Source of the DNA: Cyanidioschyzon merolae
Taxonomy: Eukaryota
Assembly: GCA_000091205.1 (NCBI GenBank)
Contig: AP006499.2
Direction: 5' to 3' (one strand)
Length of the DNA: 64,000 nt
Notes under the pieces: generated by a model
Told to the model about the DNA's origin: nothing
Database searches by the model: none
Seen by the model: the letters and a program-made list of their open reading frames with translations, nothing else
Shown: positions 1 through 10,602 of the stretch, piece by piece
Layout: each line of letters starts with the position of its first letter
How positions within the stretch are numbered: the stretch's first letter is position 1
Program-made: the position numbers and the translations under genes

Positions 1-457
1 CCAGGCCAAAGATCCAGCAAATCGCTTCTTTGAACGTGCCTATATCCATATGCACGTTCCCGAGGGTGCCACGCCCAAGGACGGACCCTCTGCCGGCTGC
101 ACCATGGTGACGAGTCTGCTCTCGCTGGCGTTGAATCGACCGGTACCCAGCGACTTGGCCATGACTGGTGAGATGACACTCACTGGACGCATTCTGCCGG
201 TTGGCGGCATTCGAGAAAAGGTTGTTGCGGCGAAACGTGCCGGGTTGAAGCGAGTCCTGTTACCCCAGCAGAATATCAGAGACTGGGAAGAACTGCCCGA
301 CTATATTCGTCGGGGCTTGGAGGTCTCGTTTGTCAGCTCCTACGACGACGTCTATCGCATTGCATTTGCCAGTGCTGGTGCCGGTGCCAGTGCCGGTGCT
401 AGTGGACCAGCAGACGCCAACGCAGATGACGCACGAGAAACCACAGCGGTTGCGTGA
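1..457 (+). CDS. Lon protease, C-terminal proteolytic (S16) domain; 5'-partial, continues upstream of window
   Basis: In-frame translation from nt 2 reads ...[31 protein letters not shown]...[39 protein letters not shown]. The PKDGPSAG catalytic-Ser motif and the AMTGE..L.G.VLPVGG...K..AA.RAG.K motif are the classic Lon protease domain. Stop at 455-457; the low-complexity tail does not end in SKL, so a peroxisomal Lon is not indicated. Confidence 0.85.
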   Translation, partial: QAKDPANRFFERAYIHMHVPEGATPKDGPSAGCTMVTSLLSLALNRPVPSDLAMTGEMTLTGRILPVGGIREKVVAAKRAGLKRVLLPQQNIRDWEELPDYIRRGLEVSFVSSYDDVYRIAFASAGAGASAGASGPADANADDARETTAVA

Positions 458-552
458 GCGCGCTCTCGAGGTACGACCAGTGAACGATTGCTGTTCCAGG
501 AGCGTATACACTCCAGAGGCATATGCTGGTCGCTTTACGCCTTAAACAGAAG

Positions 553-607
553 ATGCGACGACGACGACGACGACGACGACTGCTGCTGCTGCTGCTGCTG
601 CTGCTGC
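553..607. repeat. compound microsatellite (GAC)n(TGC)n in the Lon 3' flank
   Basis: gacgacgacgacgacgacgacgac followed by tgctgctgctgctgctgctgctgctgct, read directly. Confidence 0.9.
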
Positions 608-866
608 TATGCATATCGTCCATTCATGCATCGTGCTAGAGAATGCAGTTCGTACGTGAACGCGAGGCGTTGACGCGGGAATTCTTGTTCGTGCTGTGCG
701 TGTGTGTGTGTGTGCGTCACATACACACACACACGCTCGATATTGCATCTGGTCCGGTTCTTGCAATTGTGTAGAATCAGAGGCTAGGGTGGCCACTGCT
801 CTTGAAACGCTTGTTTTCCGTGCCGCCCGGGGATTGCAGCGCATGCCAGACCAACTGCGAAACGAT

Positions 867-3800
867 TCACGTGCATGGAGTCGGGTTCCAGAACGCGAAC
901 AAAGACTGCAGTGCTCGACTGGTGGTGCATGTTTCCCAGCGACTTGTCGTGCAACTGCCGCTGCACTCGCATTGATCGCTGAGCAGACGGCCCTGGGCTG
1001 TGCCGCAGCGATCGCACAAACCATCCTGAACGAGATAGGTTTGTAAAAGCGCGGATAAACGTCCCGCGACTCGGTACCGAAGTTGTGCTTCCGATAACGG
1101 ACACGCACATATACGACAGCTTCGCGTTGACAAAGCTTCCGTCGTCTGACTCGACGCAAGCTGGGCCACATTCACTGCAAAGCACCGGCTGCAGACAATA
1201 GGGTCAAGAACGATGACCCGATGGCTAGCGTCCAGCGATTTCGCTTTGTACGCAAACGGACTGCATTTGAGGAAGCGGAAGACCGCATGCTCAACTCCGA
1301 GTAGCGCCTCTTGCCATGGACGATAGAGTAGCAGGAGGCGGAAGAGCCAGTGCGCATCCTGGGCTGCTGCCTGAGGCTCCCGATCAAGCGACCATTGCTT
1401 CACAAGGAAAAAGATTTGATCGGCAGCCAAGGGCGTGAGCGCCGCTGGGGCGGCACGAGCGCCCACGGTGCCGGCTGCTGTCACATGGGGAGCGCGGCCC
1501 TGGCCCTCTTGTCCAGCAAGGGCGAGATGCTGGAGCAGGCCCTGGGCCAAGGCCGCAAACTGTTTGCGGGCAGGCGCACTCCAGTGCTCCGCATCGCGCC
1601 AGCTGTACTCGAGCCGATACGACAGCGCAACGTTCCCATTTGCTGTTCCGTTTGGTATAGCTCCTGCCTCTGTTGTTGTTGTTGTTGTTGTTGTCGTCGT
1701 CGTCGTCGTCGGTGCTTCTGCTTCGGTCTGGACTGGCGTCGTTTCCATGGTCCATGCCCAGTAGTGATCGGAATCGTGCCAGAATGCCGCGCGTATGTAG
1801 CGAAGCACAGGCGCAAAAATGAGGCGCCGCAGCACCGGCCGCGTGCGGCACGACTCGAGCAGGAACCGACAGTAGGCTTTTGCTTCGGATAGCTGTCGCC
1901 GGTGCGTGCAGAGCATCAGCCGGAACGGCGTCGCGTGGATCACAGAGGCATTCATTTCGGCAAGTGTTTCCATGAGATGGTGAAAAGTCTTCCGAATGAG
2001 ATGCAGCAGCTCAGCACAGAGCATGCGACTTGTCCGACCCGCAAGGCCTCGAACGATCCACCGATGCAAGTGACTCGTTAAGAGCGCTGCGCTCTGGTCC
2101 CCGTTCGCTTCGAGGCCGACCCAGGTCTGCACCAGCGGCCGAAGAACTTGTACCAGCAAGCTACCGGACGGTGCTTGTGAGCGATCCATCGCGTAGAGCG
2201 TATCAGCTTCGAGAATGGCAACCAGTGGCAAGTCTTGAATCTCCAGATCAATGCAAATACCCGAATACGCACCCGGAACCGACACCTGGGGCCAGGTCTC
2301 AGCGTCGCTCGTGGTATCCACATCCAAGGCCAGGGAGTCACCTCGATGAAGCCAGTCCAGCGGCCAGCCTCGCTGCAGCAGCGCCCTCGCCACGGCCACA
2401 TCAAGCGTCTCTGCAACCAGGTCGCCACTGAGGTTGCCGATCGGCACCCCATATAGGTCACTGAGTTGGAAACGCAGCGGCAGCTGAGCGCACAGCGCTG
2501 TCACTCGCTGCAGGGTGCGCTGCATGGCTGGTGCCTCCCAGCCAGTCGGCTGATAAGAGCAATCCGCGGCGACGTGCGGTACCACAGCGAGCGGGTAATT
2601 GTTCAGCGCCGGAACACGGCGGCGCATCAGCGCGACGGGCACGGCAGTCTGCAGAAACAACAACGGTGGCCGAGCCCCCCCGGGGAAACGATTCGCTAAC
2701 GTGAGTCCGAGCAGGCGGAGGCCTCGCTTCCAGTCCTGAGCGTGAATAATCTCCGTCTGATTGAGTGCGTTTCCGAGCGTTTGCAGTGAACCATCGCCAT
2801 GGACGCTGCTTTCGTGTCGCAGGCGCATCAAGGTGGATCGCGTTTCAGCGTCGGATCGGAACGAACCGACCAGGATCAGAATGATGCGGTCGGGACTGAA
2901 GATGACCCAAATGCCGCGGCCAGAACGGTCTTTTGCGTGACTACCGCAGACTATGATCCATGAAGGAGAAGCGAAGTCTGCGGGCTTCCGTTTCTCGACC
3001 GAGTCCAGGTCGGTGAGCGCGATGCCCTGCAGCTGAAGCGCACGTAACGTCTGTTTGGCTGCATCCGGTTTCAGCACACAAACAATGCCCAGCGAGGCAA
3101 CGGCAAGCAAGAGCGGTGACACCTGCACACCATAAAGTCCAACCAGATAGCCAGCGTGTAGACAGAGAGCGTCCCGGGCCATTGTGGTCAACTGGGCCTC
3201 GCTGACGCTCGCGTCACGGACGGTGAGCGTGTGCACGGCAAGCTCGTCACTGCACCAGGCTCTGTTCCTGCTCGTTTCGATCGGTTGACCCAGTGCGTCG
3301 GGCGGGAGTCTGCGGTAGAGCAACCAGAGTTCGTGCGGCACGTGGACAGGCAGCGAGAGCACACGTCCCCTGCTCGTTTGGAACCAAACTCGACATGTTT
3401 GGAAAGTTCCTGTTTCGCGAATACCAAGGACGAGAAGCGGTTCGACAAGGTCGGCGTGCTCGAGAACCAGTCCGCTGAGGCGGCAACGTAGACCTGCTGG
3501 GTGCGCTGCTGCACTTCTCCTGGCTCGCCGCTGGCGGACCCAGAGACGCCACTGCGGCTTGGCAACCGCTTCAAGCCACTGCTGGTACGATATCGGTCGC
3601 AATGACGGCGGCTCGCCACGGGCTGCTGCGTCCGAATGAGGTCGACAACGGCCTGGCTGAACCACCTGTTGCACACCGGCCCGAAACGGAGCCAAACGTG
3701 AACCTGATGCGTCACGCTCAGTAACTTGTTCCTGAGCGCTATGAGCAAACCCAACCGACGTACCAGCAGCAGTCCACTTCAACGAGGTGCTCACAGTCTC

Positions 3801-6800
3801 AAGTACGGTACGAGCAAGGTCAACCGACGACGTAGCACCAGCGGCACCAGCGGCACCAGCGGCAACTGCTGCGTTCAACAAAGACGTGTTCGCAATGCCG
3901 CGAGCATCGCTGCAAGGCTGCCTGCGCGGCAACGGTCCGGTTTTGACGACAACGATATCCTCGAGGTCGGGTGTGGCCTTCTGGTCGGCTCTGAAGAAGC
4001 TCTTCAACGTAGTTTGCTTCTGCGCGCAGGCAAGGTCTCGCAAGCGCCGTCGCAACCAGTCGGGATGCTCAATACGAGGCACCGGATTCGGTACGCCTTG
4101 GCAAGCTGCTGGAATGGAAATGATCCGCTGCACGGTGTTCGCGAGGCGGCCGCGATAATAATCCCAGTCCAGGATTTCGCGGAAATTGTACACGGGCTCC
4201 CGTAACCACTTGCGCAACAAAGCCTGGCGTTGCTCGAGGTCTGCGGAAAAGATCTGCACGGGAATAGCTCGCTCCGTCACTTGCGTTCCCAGAGGATACC
4301 GCGCAATCACGTAGCGACAGGCGAGGCCCTTGTCGCGAACCATGTCCTTGCCCAAGAATTCCTGTATCCGTTTCGCACAGGTTATTGCGCTGCTCTTCTG
4401 GCCAGCTTGTATGTATGCTGCTAGCGGCTTGCTCATATGTGTCTGCTCTGCAACGAGTTCGAGAAGCTCAGCATCACTGAGCAGGCCGCCATTACTGTCG
4501 AGCACATCGAGCCAGAGGTTCGCAGTCTCGCCAACGGCAGCATAGCATTCGGCTAGGGTGCTGCCTTCTAAAAAACGCCCAAAGATCTCACTCTGAAGCA
4601 CCTTGATCAGTTTCAGTTCGCCTCTTCTTTTCAGCTCAAAACCTTTGATTTCGGCGAGACTCCCATCGCGCTGGAATACGGCGTAACGTTTCTTGATGCT
4701 TTTCCCCTCCTCGCGACTGGCGGGGAGTACCATCGCTCGATATGGTCCGTCTATCTCGAAAAAGATACTAAACTCGGAGCGCTGCTTGTATGTTCCCTCG
4801 TCCGGTGACCACTCCTGGTATTGATGGTTCGTATACTGTGCGGCGACTTTGGTGTTGAGAACGGTGCAGAGCAAAGAAATGGAAATCTCTCGACCACTGC
4901 GAGTATGGAGTGTTATGTCGTTCGGAAAGGTAGCTGGGATCGCGCACCATATACCGTCAGTGTCGAGCTCAAGTGGCAAGCCGACGCGCTCGATCCACTC
5001 GCGGGCGAGGCGAATGATACTCGCACCGGTCTGTGTGACAACACCCGCCATTTCCATGGAGTACCAGCGAGCAGCTCTGCGCATGACGTAGCCGTAAAAG
5101 GAGTTCAGGATACACTTGTGCGCGAGTTGCATTGAATCATAGACGATGCACATGTTGCGCGCTTCGATGGAGGCGCCGCCGCTTTCCGCCAGCGCTTTGC
5201 GCCACTGCTTGAGTAGCCGCTTGTATTCGTAGCGACGGTCCCGAAACGCTCGCACGGTGTCTACGTAGAAGGGATTCTCGCGCTGACATATCCAGGCTTC
5301 TCGCGTCTGAACGGTCGGTTCGAGGACTCTTTTGTGGACCTTCATGCAGTACTCCCGTAGTCGTTTCCTGTACATGGCCTCAGCGTCATCATCCGAAACT
5401 TTCTCTCCTTGCCGTCGACGGGCCCGTACGGTCGTCAGGACTGAGGCGCGGATACTCTGCACCTCTCCAATGGTTGCAGGATAGCACTCTCCTCGCCAGA
5501 CCCAGTGCATCTTGCGGCGGCAGTCAGACGTGCCGTTAAAATCACAGGCTGCGCAAGTTTCCCGCGTGACGCAAGCGTGCGGCTGCAACCGGTTCGTCAG
5601 GATAATATTCGGGTACATGGCGCCCACATCCAGGTGGAGAATCAGGGGGCGCTCCTGCAGCAGCGGCTGCTCGGCAAGGCGTTTGAGTCGTTCCGCGAGG
5701 TCTGCCCGCACATTTTCATAGTCCGTAATTTCCTCCAGATGCAAATCCTGTTCACGCTCGATTGCGAACTGAAGGAACTGGTCCAAGTTTTCTTGCAGCT
5801 CCCGAACAGCCGCTGTGTCAATTCTGAATGGGATGGGAAGGTCTGCACGGTAGATACCTGACTGCAGTGCCTCAACATGTCCACCAATGTAGGTCTCATT
5901 GGCGAGCAAGCGGCTTTGAAACGTTCGTTCTGTCGCATTGTTTTTGAACTTGTTTGGAGCTACGATGTTTCTCCGATGGGCCTCACACATCAAGAGGCTT
6001 TCGCAGAGAGTGCCCGAGCCTTTTCGAAGAACATCATCCGGTCCAAATGGCAAAATGTTGCACAACGAAAATATGAAAGGTTGGACATACTTCATATACA
6101 ACTGATAGGTGGCGACTGCATCGGACACCGAGTAGGCAGCGAGTTCCTGAGGCCGTGTCCGCGCAGCTGTTAGCATCTCCTCGGGGTCGAGTTCGTGCGG
6201 TTCGTAACCTAGCAAAGCCCTGGTCACTGCTTTGAGACCACGGGAGCCTTGCGGAAGGTAGCTATCTCGATTCACCCAATGGATGCAATCCATGTGGACT
6301 GCAGCGCGTCCGCGGCATAAGCCTCTTGCTGCCGAGAACGACATTCCGATCTTGTCCAGAATGTTGATGCCTAGACGGCTAGCACGGACATGCACGAAAA
6401 ACCAATCGAAGGCGTCTCCGTTGTACGTTACGTAGACCCGCGGTTGTGCGGCTCGCGCCTCGGCGAAAAAGCGCCGCAGTAGCGATGCTTCATCGGGTTC
6501 GTTGAAGACGACAAAGCTAGATTCAAACTCAGGCTTCGGAGCGTATGTAAACCCGTGGATGTCCTCTGCTATGATCTGGCGATTTACGCCTAGATAGCCT
6601 CGGCCGTCTAACATCCATGAAATCATCATGATTTCATCATCCGCATATGGGTCGGGAAACTTCAGCGGGGCCTTGGTGCACTCGATGTCGTACGCGAGCA
6701 CGGTAGGATTCGCACGCTCGACGAGCTCGGACAAGAGGTGTAATTTTGGAGCAGCCCCTCCCGAGGATAATGAATGTTCCACGCGATACCAATAACCGCA

Positions 6801-7601
6801 GCGAATGTCGCAATCGATGCAGACCCGCGTCACATAGGGGACGTCGTATTCGCGGAGTTCCACGATGTTTTCGTACGGATCTGTTCGACGAATCCGCTGT
6901 GCCGCGCTCGAGAGGGAAGCGGATGCGTCTGTACTGAGATCCCCAGGTATGAGGCTGGGGTTTTGCTTACCATTCGCATAGGACAGCAAATGACTGCGGA
7001 TTCTTACCAAATCATCGGTTGTAAACGTTTCCACACGAAGGAACAAACGTCGGGCTCGCGTCGCCAAATGATTGAGCATATCCAGGTCCTCGAGTTCGGC
7101 CCGATGAATCCCACTGAGCACATCGCTGAAATCCCGTTTCAGCGCCGACTCTACATCAGTCTCCTTTCCTGGTGTACATCCCACATAGAAATAAGGCCTA
7201 TAACACAGCGTCACACGAAAGTCGCCACCACCTTCATCCCCGGAAAGGAAGTAACAATCCAATGCGCTCACTTGGCGGCCACTCGCTGGGTCATGTACGG
7301 CTGCAACGGCCACATTTAGCAACCATCCGATCCTTTCTGGTGCTCGAAAACCGTCCAGAACCGGGGGCAATGGGAAAAATCCAGCCATCCGATCCCGAGC
7401 ATCCAGCGCAGCTCGCGAGTCTCTTTCTACCTGCGTGTCGTGCGCAGGCAACGTCCGCACGTCCACTTCAGCGTCTTCATCTTCAGCCCCAGAGGAAAGT
7501 TGTTCCTCATCAGGGTCAAGATACCCGTCCAGTGCCATAGGTAAGCACAGTCCCTGGCGCTCTCTAGTCGTTCGCAACGACGGGGCGCGGGAAACGCACA
7601 C
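867..7601 (-). CDS. POLE: DNA polymerase epsilon catalytic subunit (family B polymerase), 2244-aa uninterrupted ORF
   Basis: Exonuclease motif ...VLAYDIECTKAPLKFPDP... Polymerase motifs ...HLDVGAMYPNII..., ...NSFYGYVMRRAARWYSMEMAGVVTQTGASIIRLAREWIERVG...LELDTDGIWC... C-terminal Cys-rich zinc-finger region (CDRCGTAQGRLLSDQCECSGSC). The size and domain order match Pol epsilon. The true start may be the internal Met of MALDGYLDPDEE near 7538. Confidence 0.9.
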   Translation of the reverse strand: MCVSRAPSLRTTRERQGLCLPMALDGYLDPDEEQLSSGAEDEDAEVDVRTLPAHDTQVERDSRAALDARDRMAGFFPLPPVLDGFRAPERIGWLLNVAVAAVHDPASGRQVSALDCYFLSGDEGGGDFRVTLCYRPYFYVGCTPGKETDVESALKRDFSDVLSGIHRAELEDLDMLNHLATRARRLFLRVETFTTDDLVRIRSHLLSYANGKQNPSLIPGDLSTDASASLSSAAQRIRRTDPYENIVELREYDVPYVTRVCIDCDIRCGYWYRVEHSLSSGGAAPKLHLLSELVERANPTVLAYDIECTKAPLKFPDPYADDEIMMISWMLDGRGYLGVNRQIIAEDIHGFTYAPKPEFESSFVVFNEPDEASLLRRFFAEARAAQPRVYVTYNGDAFDWFFVHVRASRLGINILDKIGMSFSAARGLCRGRAAVHMDCIHWVNRDSYLPQGSRGLKAVTRALLGYEPHELDPEEMLTAARTRPQELAAYSVSDAVATYQLYMKYVQPFIFSLCNILPFGPDDVLRKGSGTLCESLLMCEAHRRNIVAPNKFKNNATERTFQSRLLANETYIGGHVEALQSGIYRADLPIPFRIDTAAVRELQENLDQFLQFAIEREQDLHLEEITDYENVRADLAERLKRLAEQPLLQERPLILHLDVGAMYPNIILTNRLQPHACVTRETCAACDFNGTSDCRRKMHWVWRGECYPATIGEVQSIRASVLTTVRARRRQGEKVSDDDAEAMYRKRLREYCMKVHKRVLEPTVQTREAWICQRENPFYVDTVRAFRDRRYEYKRLLKQWRKALAESGGASIEARNMCIVYDSMQLAHKCILNSFYGYVMRRAARWYSMEMAGVVTQTGASIIRLAREWIERVGLPLELDTDGIWCAIPATFPNDITLHTRSGREISISLLCTVLNTKVAAQYTNHQYQEWSPDEGTYKQRSEFSIFFEIDGPYRAMVLPASREEGKSIKKRYAVFQRDGSLAEIKGFELKRRGELKLIKVLQSEIFGRFLEGSTLAECYAAVGETANLWLDVLDSNGGLLSDAELLELVAEQTHMSKPLAAYIQAGQKSSAITCAKRIQEFLGKDMVRDKGLACRYVIARYPLGTQVTERAIPVQIFSADLEQRQALLRKWLREPVYNFREILDWDYYRGRLANTVQRIISIPAACQGVPNPVPRIEHPDWLRRRLRDLACAQKQTTLKSFFRADQKATPDLEDIVVVKTGPLPRRQPCSDARGIANTSLLNAAVAAGAAGAAGATSSVDLARTVLETVSTSLKWTAAGTSVGFAHSAQEQVTERDASGSRLAPFRAGVQQVVQPGRCRPHSDAAARGEPPSLRPISYQQWLEAVAKPQWRLWVRQRRARRSAAAHPAGLRCRLSGLVLEHADLVEPLLVLGIRETGTFQTCRVWFQTSRGRVLSLPVHVPHELWLLYRRLPPDALGQPIETSRNRAWCSDELAVHTLTVRDASVSEAQLTTMARDALCLHAGYLVGLYGVQVSPLLLAVASLGIVCVLKPDAAKQTLRALQLQGIALTDLDSVEKRKPADFASPSWIIVCGSHAKDRSGRGIWVIFSPDRIILILVGSFRSDAETRSTLMRLRHESSVHGDGSLQTLGNALNQTEIIHAQDWKRGLRLLGLTLANRFPGGARPPLLFLQTAVPVALMRRRVPALNNYPLAVVPHVAADCSYQPTGWEAPAMQRTLQRVTALCAQLPLRFQLSDLYGVPIGNLSGDLVAETLDVAVARALLQRGWPLDWLHRGDSLALDVDTTSDAETWPQVSVPGAYSGICIDLEIQDLPLVAILEADTLYAMDRSQAPSGSLLVQVLRPLVQTWVGLEANGDQSAALLTSHLHRWIVRGLAGRTSRMLCAELLHLIRKTFHHLMETLAEMNASVIHATPFRLMLCTHRRQLSEAKAYCRFLLESCRTRPVLRRLIFAPVLRYIRAAFWHDSDHYWAWTMETTPVQTEAEAPTTTTTTTTTTTTTEAGAIPNGTANGNVALSYRLEYSWRDAEHWSAPARKQFAALAQGLLQHLALAGQEGQGRAPHVTAAGTVGARAAPAALTPLAADQIFFLVKQWSLDREPQAAAQDAHWLFRLLLLYRPWQEALLGVEHAVFRFLKCSPFAYKAKSLDASHRVIVLDPIVCSRCFAVNVAQLASSQTTEALSTRSCRICACPLSEAQLRYRVAGRLSALLQTYLVQDGLCDRCGTAQGRLLSDQCECSGSCTTSRWETCTTSRALQSLFAFWNPTPCT
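1671..1710. repeat. (GTT)n(GTC)n microsatellite inside the POLE coding region; it encodes a poly-Thr tract on the minus strand
   Basis: gttgttgttgttgttgttgtcgtcgtcgtcgtcgtc, which corresponds to ...APTTTTTTTTTTTTTEAG... in the Pol epsilon ORF. Confidence 0.85.
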
Positions 7602-8832
7602 GTCTCACAAGGCCTCGAGCGCAGTGCGCTCTCGAAGTTTCCCAAGCGATGTAGTGCAGCTTCCTCCTCAGAAGCTTCGAAGCGCGCACGGCATCAAAAC
7701 ACACGCGCCACTGGCCCCCGGAAGAGCTGCAACGATTGTCCAGCCGCCTCCGTCCAGCTCTCCCAAAGTCGCCTCACGTTCCGAAGCTGCCAGGCTTGGC
7801 AAAGATACGAGAGGCACCTTTGCGACGAGAGTTCCGCGTTACCCTGTCTCGTCACAAGATGAATCAGTTGTTCCCTACTTGCACTCACGCCTCACACACG
7901 GCCTCGAAAGAACACCAATAAGCACCGCAACTAGAGCGCTTCCTATGCACGCATACTCTTCGTGGAGCGCGGAAGCGTGTCTCCGGTGCACGCATACGTT
8001 CCCGCGACGACACGCATCGCCCCGCCGCAGAGACACGTATGCATTCCAGGTAGAAGGTGTCAGACAAAGCGCGCCGCCGTCCACTGTGCGCGAATTTTTC
8101 GCGCGCTTTTTCGCTGTCGCCTCCAGACACGATTTTGAGTTTGGCACAGGGATCGGGCGATTGCGTGCCCGGGGTGTTGCGACGCGCGAGTTCTCAGTGG
8201 ATAGTGCGATATCCCGCATGGTCATGATGGCCGGCACACCGGCACCGGTGTAGCTCGGTTCGATCAAACAACTGATCTTTCGATAAATAAGACGACAAGC
8301 GAATCAACAGTAGGGTCATTCGTGCTGCTGTCTAGCGTAAGCGAAATACCCCGGGGAATGCCTTATTAGAGAGCGCTGGTGCAAGCGCACCGGACGGTCC
8401 ATGAATGCGAGCATCGCGAAAAAGAGATCTCGTTGCTGAGACCGCGAGCACAACCACACGCGTGCTGCTTACATACGTTCTCTGGGATTCTTCCGAGCGA
8501 CCTGCCTCTTCTGTGCAGAGCCATTTGATACTGTCCGCAGCATTACTGAAGGCGCTAATACCATGCTTCAGAAGCACAGCTTCCCGCCGAGATGCAGAGC
8601 GTTCATCCTGGAATGGTCGCCGGCTTCCCGGTGTAACGTTACTGGGTCGATAATTCAGAAAACAAACATATCCAGCGTGACGCCGGCGACAGCAGCACAG
8701 GAGGCGAGGAGAACATGTTGCAATCCGCACGGGAAACGCTCGTCTGTTGCTGTGTCTCTTTTTGGCACATTTCTTTGGGAATTCACCAACTGCATGACGA
8801 GAAAGGCGACGACTTTCTCGATACACCCATGC

Positions 8833-10196
8833 CAAAATAAAATGGAATGGGTCCAGTTAGCTAACTCGGTCACCAAAACGCTAGCATTCCGCTCTCCTTC
8901 TATCTATTTTCATCAACATCAGCCTGTGCGGGCTTTGAGTGCGACTGATTCCTGTCCCTCTCGCTGATCACTGGGCTTACAAATGCCGATGTCTGCATTC
9001 GCGTCAGCCGCGCTGCAGCAGTCGAGATACGGTGATGCCAGCGTTCGAGTCCGGCGTTCGCTGTTTCTGGTTCATCCGCAAGCACTGCATCCACAAGCGG
9101 TCGTTACGATCCGTGCGTTGCTGGCCATTTGGAGCCCACGTCTCTGGAGCTTCGGTGCGGCTGCCGCAGCGATGACGCCTGACTGCGTTCAGGTGCTTCC
9201 ATGGGTCTGACGCCACACACGTGCTTCTTCGAGCACCGCCTCGTGGCACGTGAACGCGCGCGTCATCGCTCCTTGCATGCCACTGACCGCTGCAAAAGGC
9301 TGCCTTGGATGCCGTACCCAAAGAGCACGGACTTGTTCTGGGCGATCGCCTTGGCGAGCACGCTATCGACTGCGAATGCAAGCGACCGCTGCCCCGTTCG
9401 ACAGAGGATTTGCGGTAAGCGACGTCGTTCGGGATCAGGTGTGTACCGGGGGCGGAATCCAGACTGGAGCGCACGCCCAGCAATGTCGATCGGTCTGCGC
9501 TCCCTTCTTCGTGCACAGCGGTGACACGCGCTCTGCTGGAAGCGATCGCTACGATGCCTGACGTCCGACTCCAGGGCCCTTTGTAATGCAAACAAGGGAG
9601 ACGAGCACTTGTGGGCGTATTTTCGCATGAGAGGTATGTTGCTGACGATGTTGCATGGTGTGTTGTCGATGCCCACAGAGGGAGAGGGCAGGATTTGTCT
9701 CTGGAGTGAAATCGATGATTTGACGTAACGCGTTCAGAGAGGGTTCGGTATGCGCTTGAGACGAAGCCTCACAGGCTCGCCGTCGACTTCTCCTTCACTC
9801 GCGGAGGCGGCGGCCCGAATCGCCCCGCCCGCGAGTCGCCTCGCAACGGACGGATCGGGAGCTTGGAGAACGCGCGATCGCAGGATGCTGTTCGTACGGG
9901 AAGCGGAAGAGCAGAGGCTCGCACGCGTACAGCGGGTAACGAAAGCGGATACTGGACAAACCATTCTGGATTGCGTCGCGAATGGTCTTGCTTCTAGTCA
10001 CGTAACGAATTCCTGCTATGAAAGTGGTAGGAACTACTCCGAGGGTTATCACCGAAAATCCTAAAAGTGCATGCAAATCCCTGAGCCCCAATCGCTGCAC
10101 GTGGAATGTCGATGCTATGCTTCTGAATAAAAAACTCGGTGAAAATCACGAGGCAGGAACAGAGCAAACAATTCAGTGTTCCATTTTATAATCTAA
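8833..10196. repeat. Left copy of a 1.36 kb near-identical inverted repeat (GC-rich, no convincing coding)
   Basis: Reverse complement of 17278-18632. The six-frame ORFs are mirrored with only a few substitutions (9795..10100- equals 17373..17678+ except TTFIAG/TAFIAG and LLFRFPY/LLFCFPY). Boundaries were read from where the flanks diverge. Confidence 0.85.
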
Positions 10197-10602
10197 AAGA
10201 GGTTAAGGAAAGTAGCACCAATTGACAGGCAGTCATCGCAGCTGGGATGCTGCACCAGCCGCTACGAAGAGCGCAGCGAGCATGTCTTTGTCCTGCATTG
10301 ACGACAAGTTCTGTTAGAGTCCGGGACGCAGCAGCAGCAACAGCAGCAGTTCTGCAAAAGCGTGCAGTGTCCTTGACGATGAGCTCGCTGCGCTCACAAA
10401 ACGCAGCTCGCGGACACTAGCAGGTGTGAGAAGGTCGATCCTGTGAACCCGCTAGCGACTTCGAGCGCCTCGGTCGTTGCAGCAGCCGCAGAGGCAACCG
10501 TTATTGACCCTTTGGGACCAGAGTGACCCGAGTTTGTTTCTTCTGGTGCAAGTTGCAGCCTAGACGGAGTGGAAACGCGAAAGGATTTCTTCTTTTGGCG
10601 AG

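Noticed and set aside
1350-7540. Numerous plus-strand ORFs (for example 1350..1892, 2030..2431, 3726..4205, 6774..7319, 7172..7540) overlapping the Pol epsilon gene.
   Set aside because: These are antisense shadow ORFs of a 6.7 kb coding region on the minus strand. Pol epsilon homology is unambiguous on the minus strand.
7435-8253. A 272-aa plus-strand ORF immediately upstream of, and divergent from, POLE.
   Set aside because: Ser, Pro and Arg-rich low-complexity translation with no motif. It is more likely a GC-rich 5' flank or promoter region, and it overlaps the POLE 5' end.
9030-9075. A tRNA-like T-arm motif (gcgttcgagtccggcg).
   Set aside because: No matching acceptor, D or anticodon stems can be built around it. 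It lies inside the inverted-repeat arm and has an exact mirror copy in the other arm. I found no convincing tRNA gene elsewhere by eye, though a systematic tRNAscan is needed.
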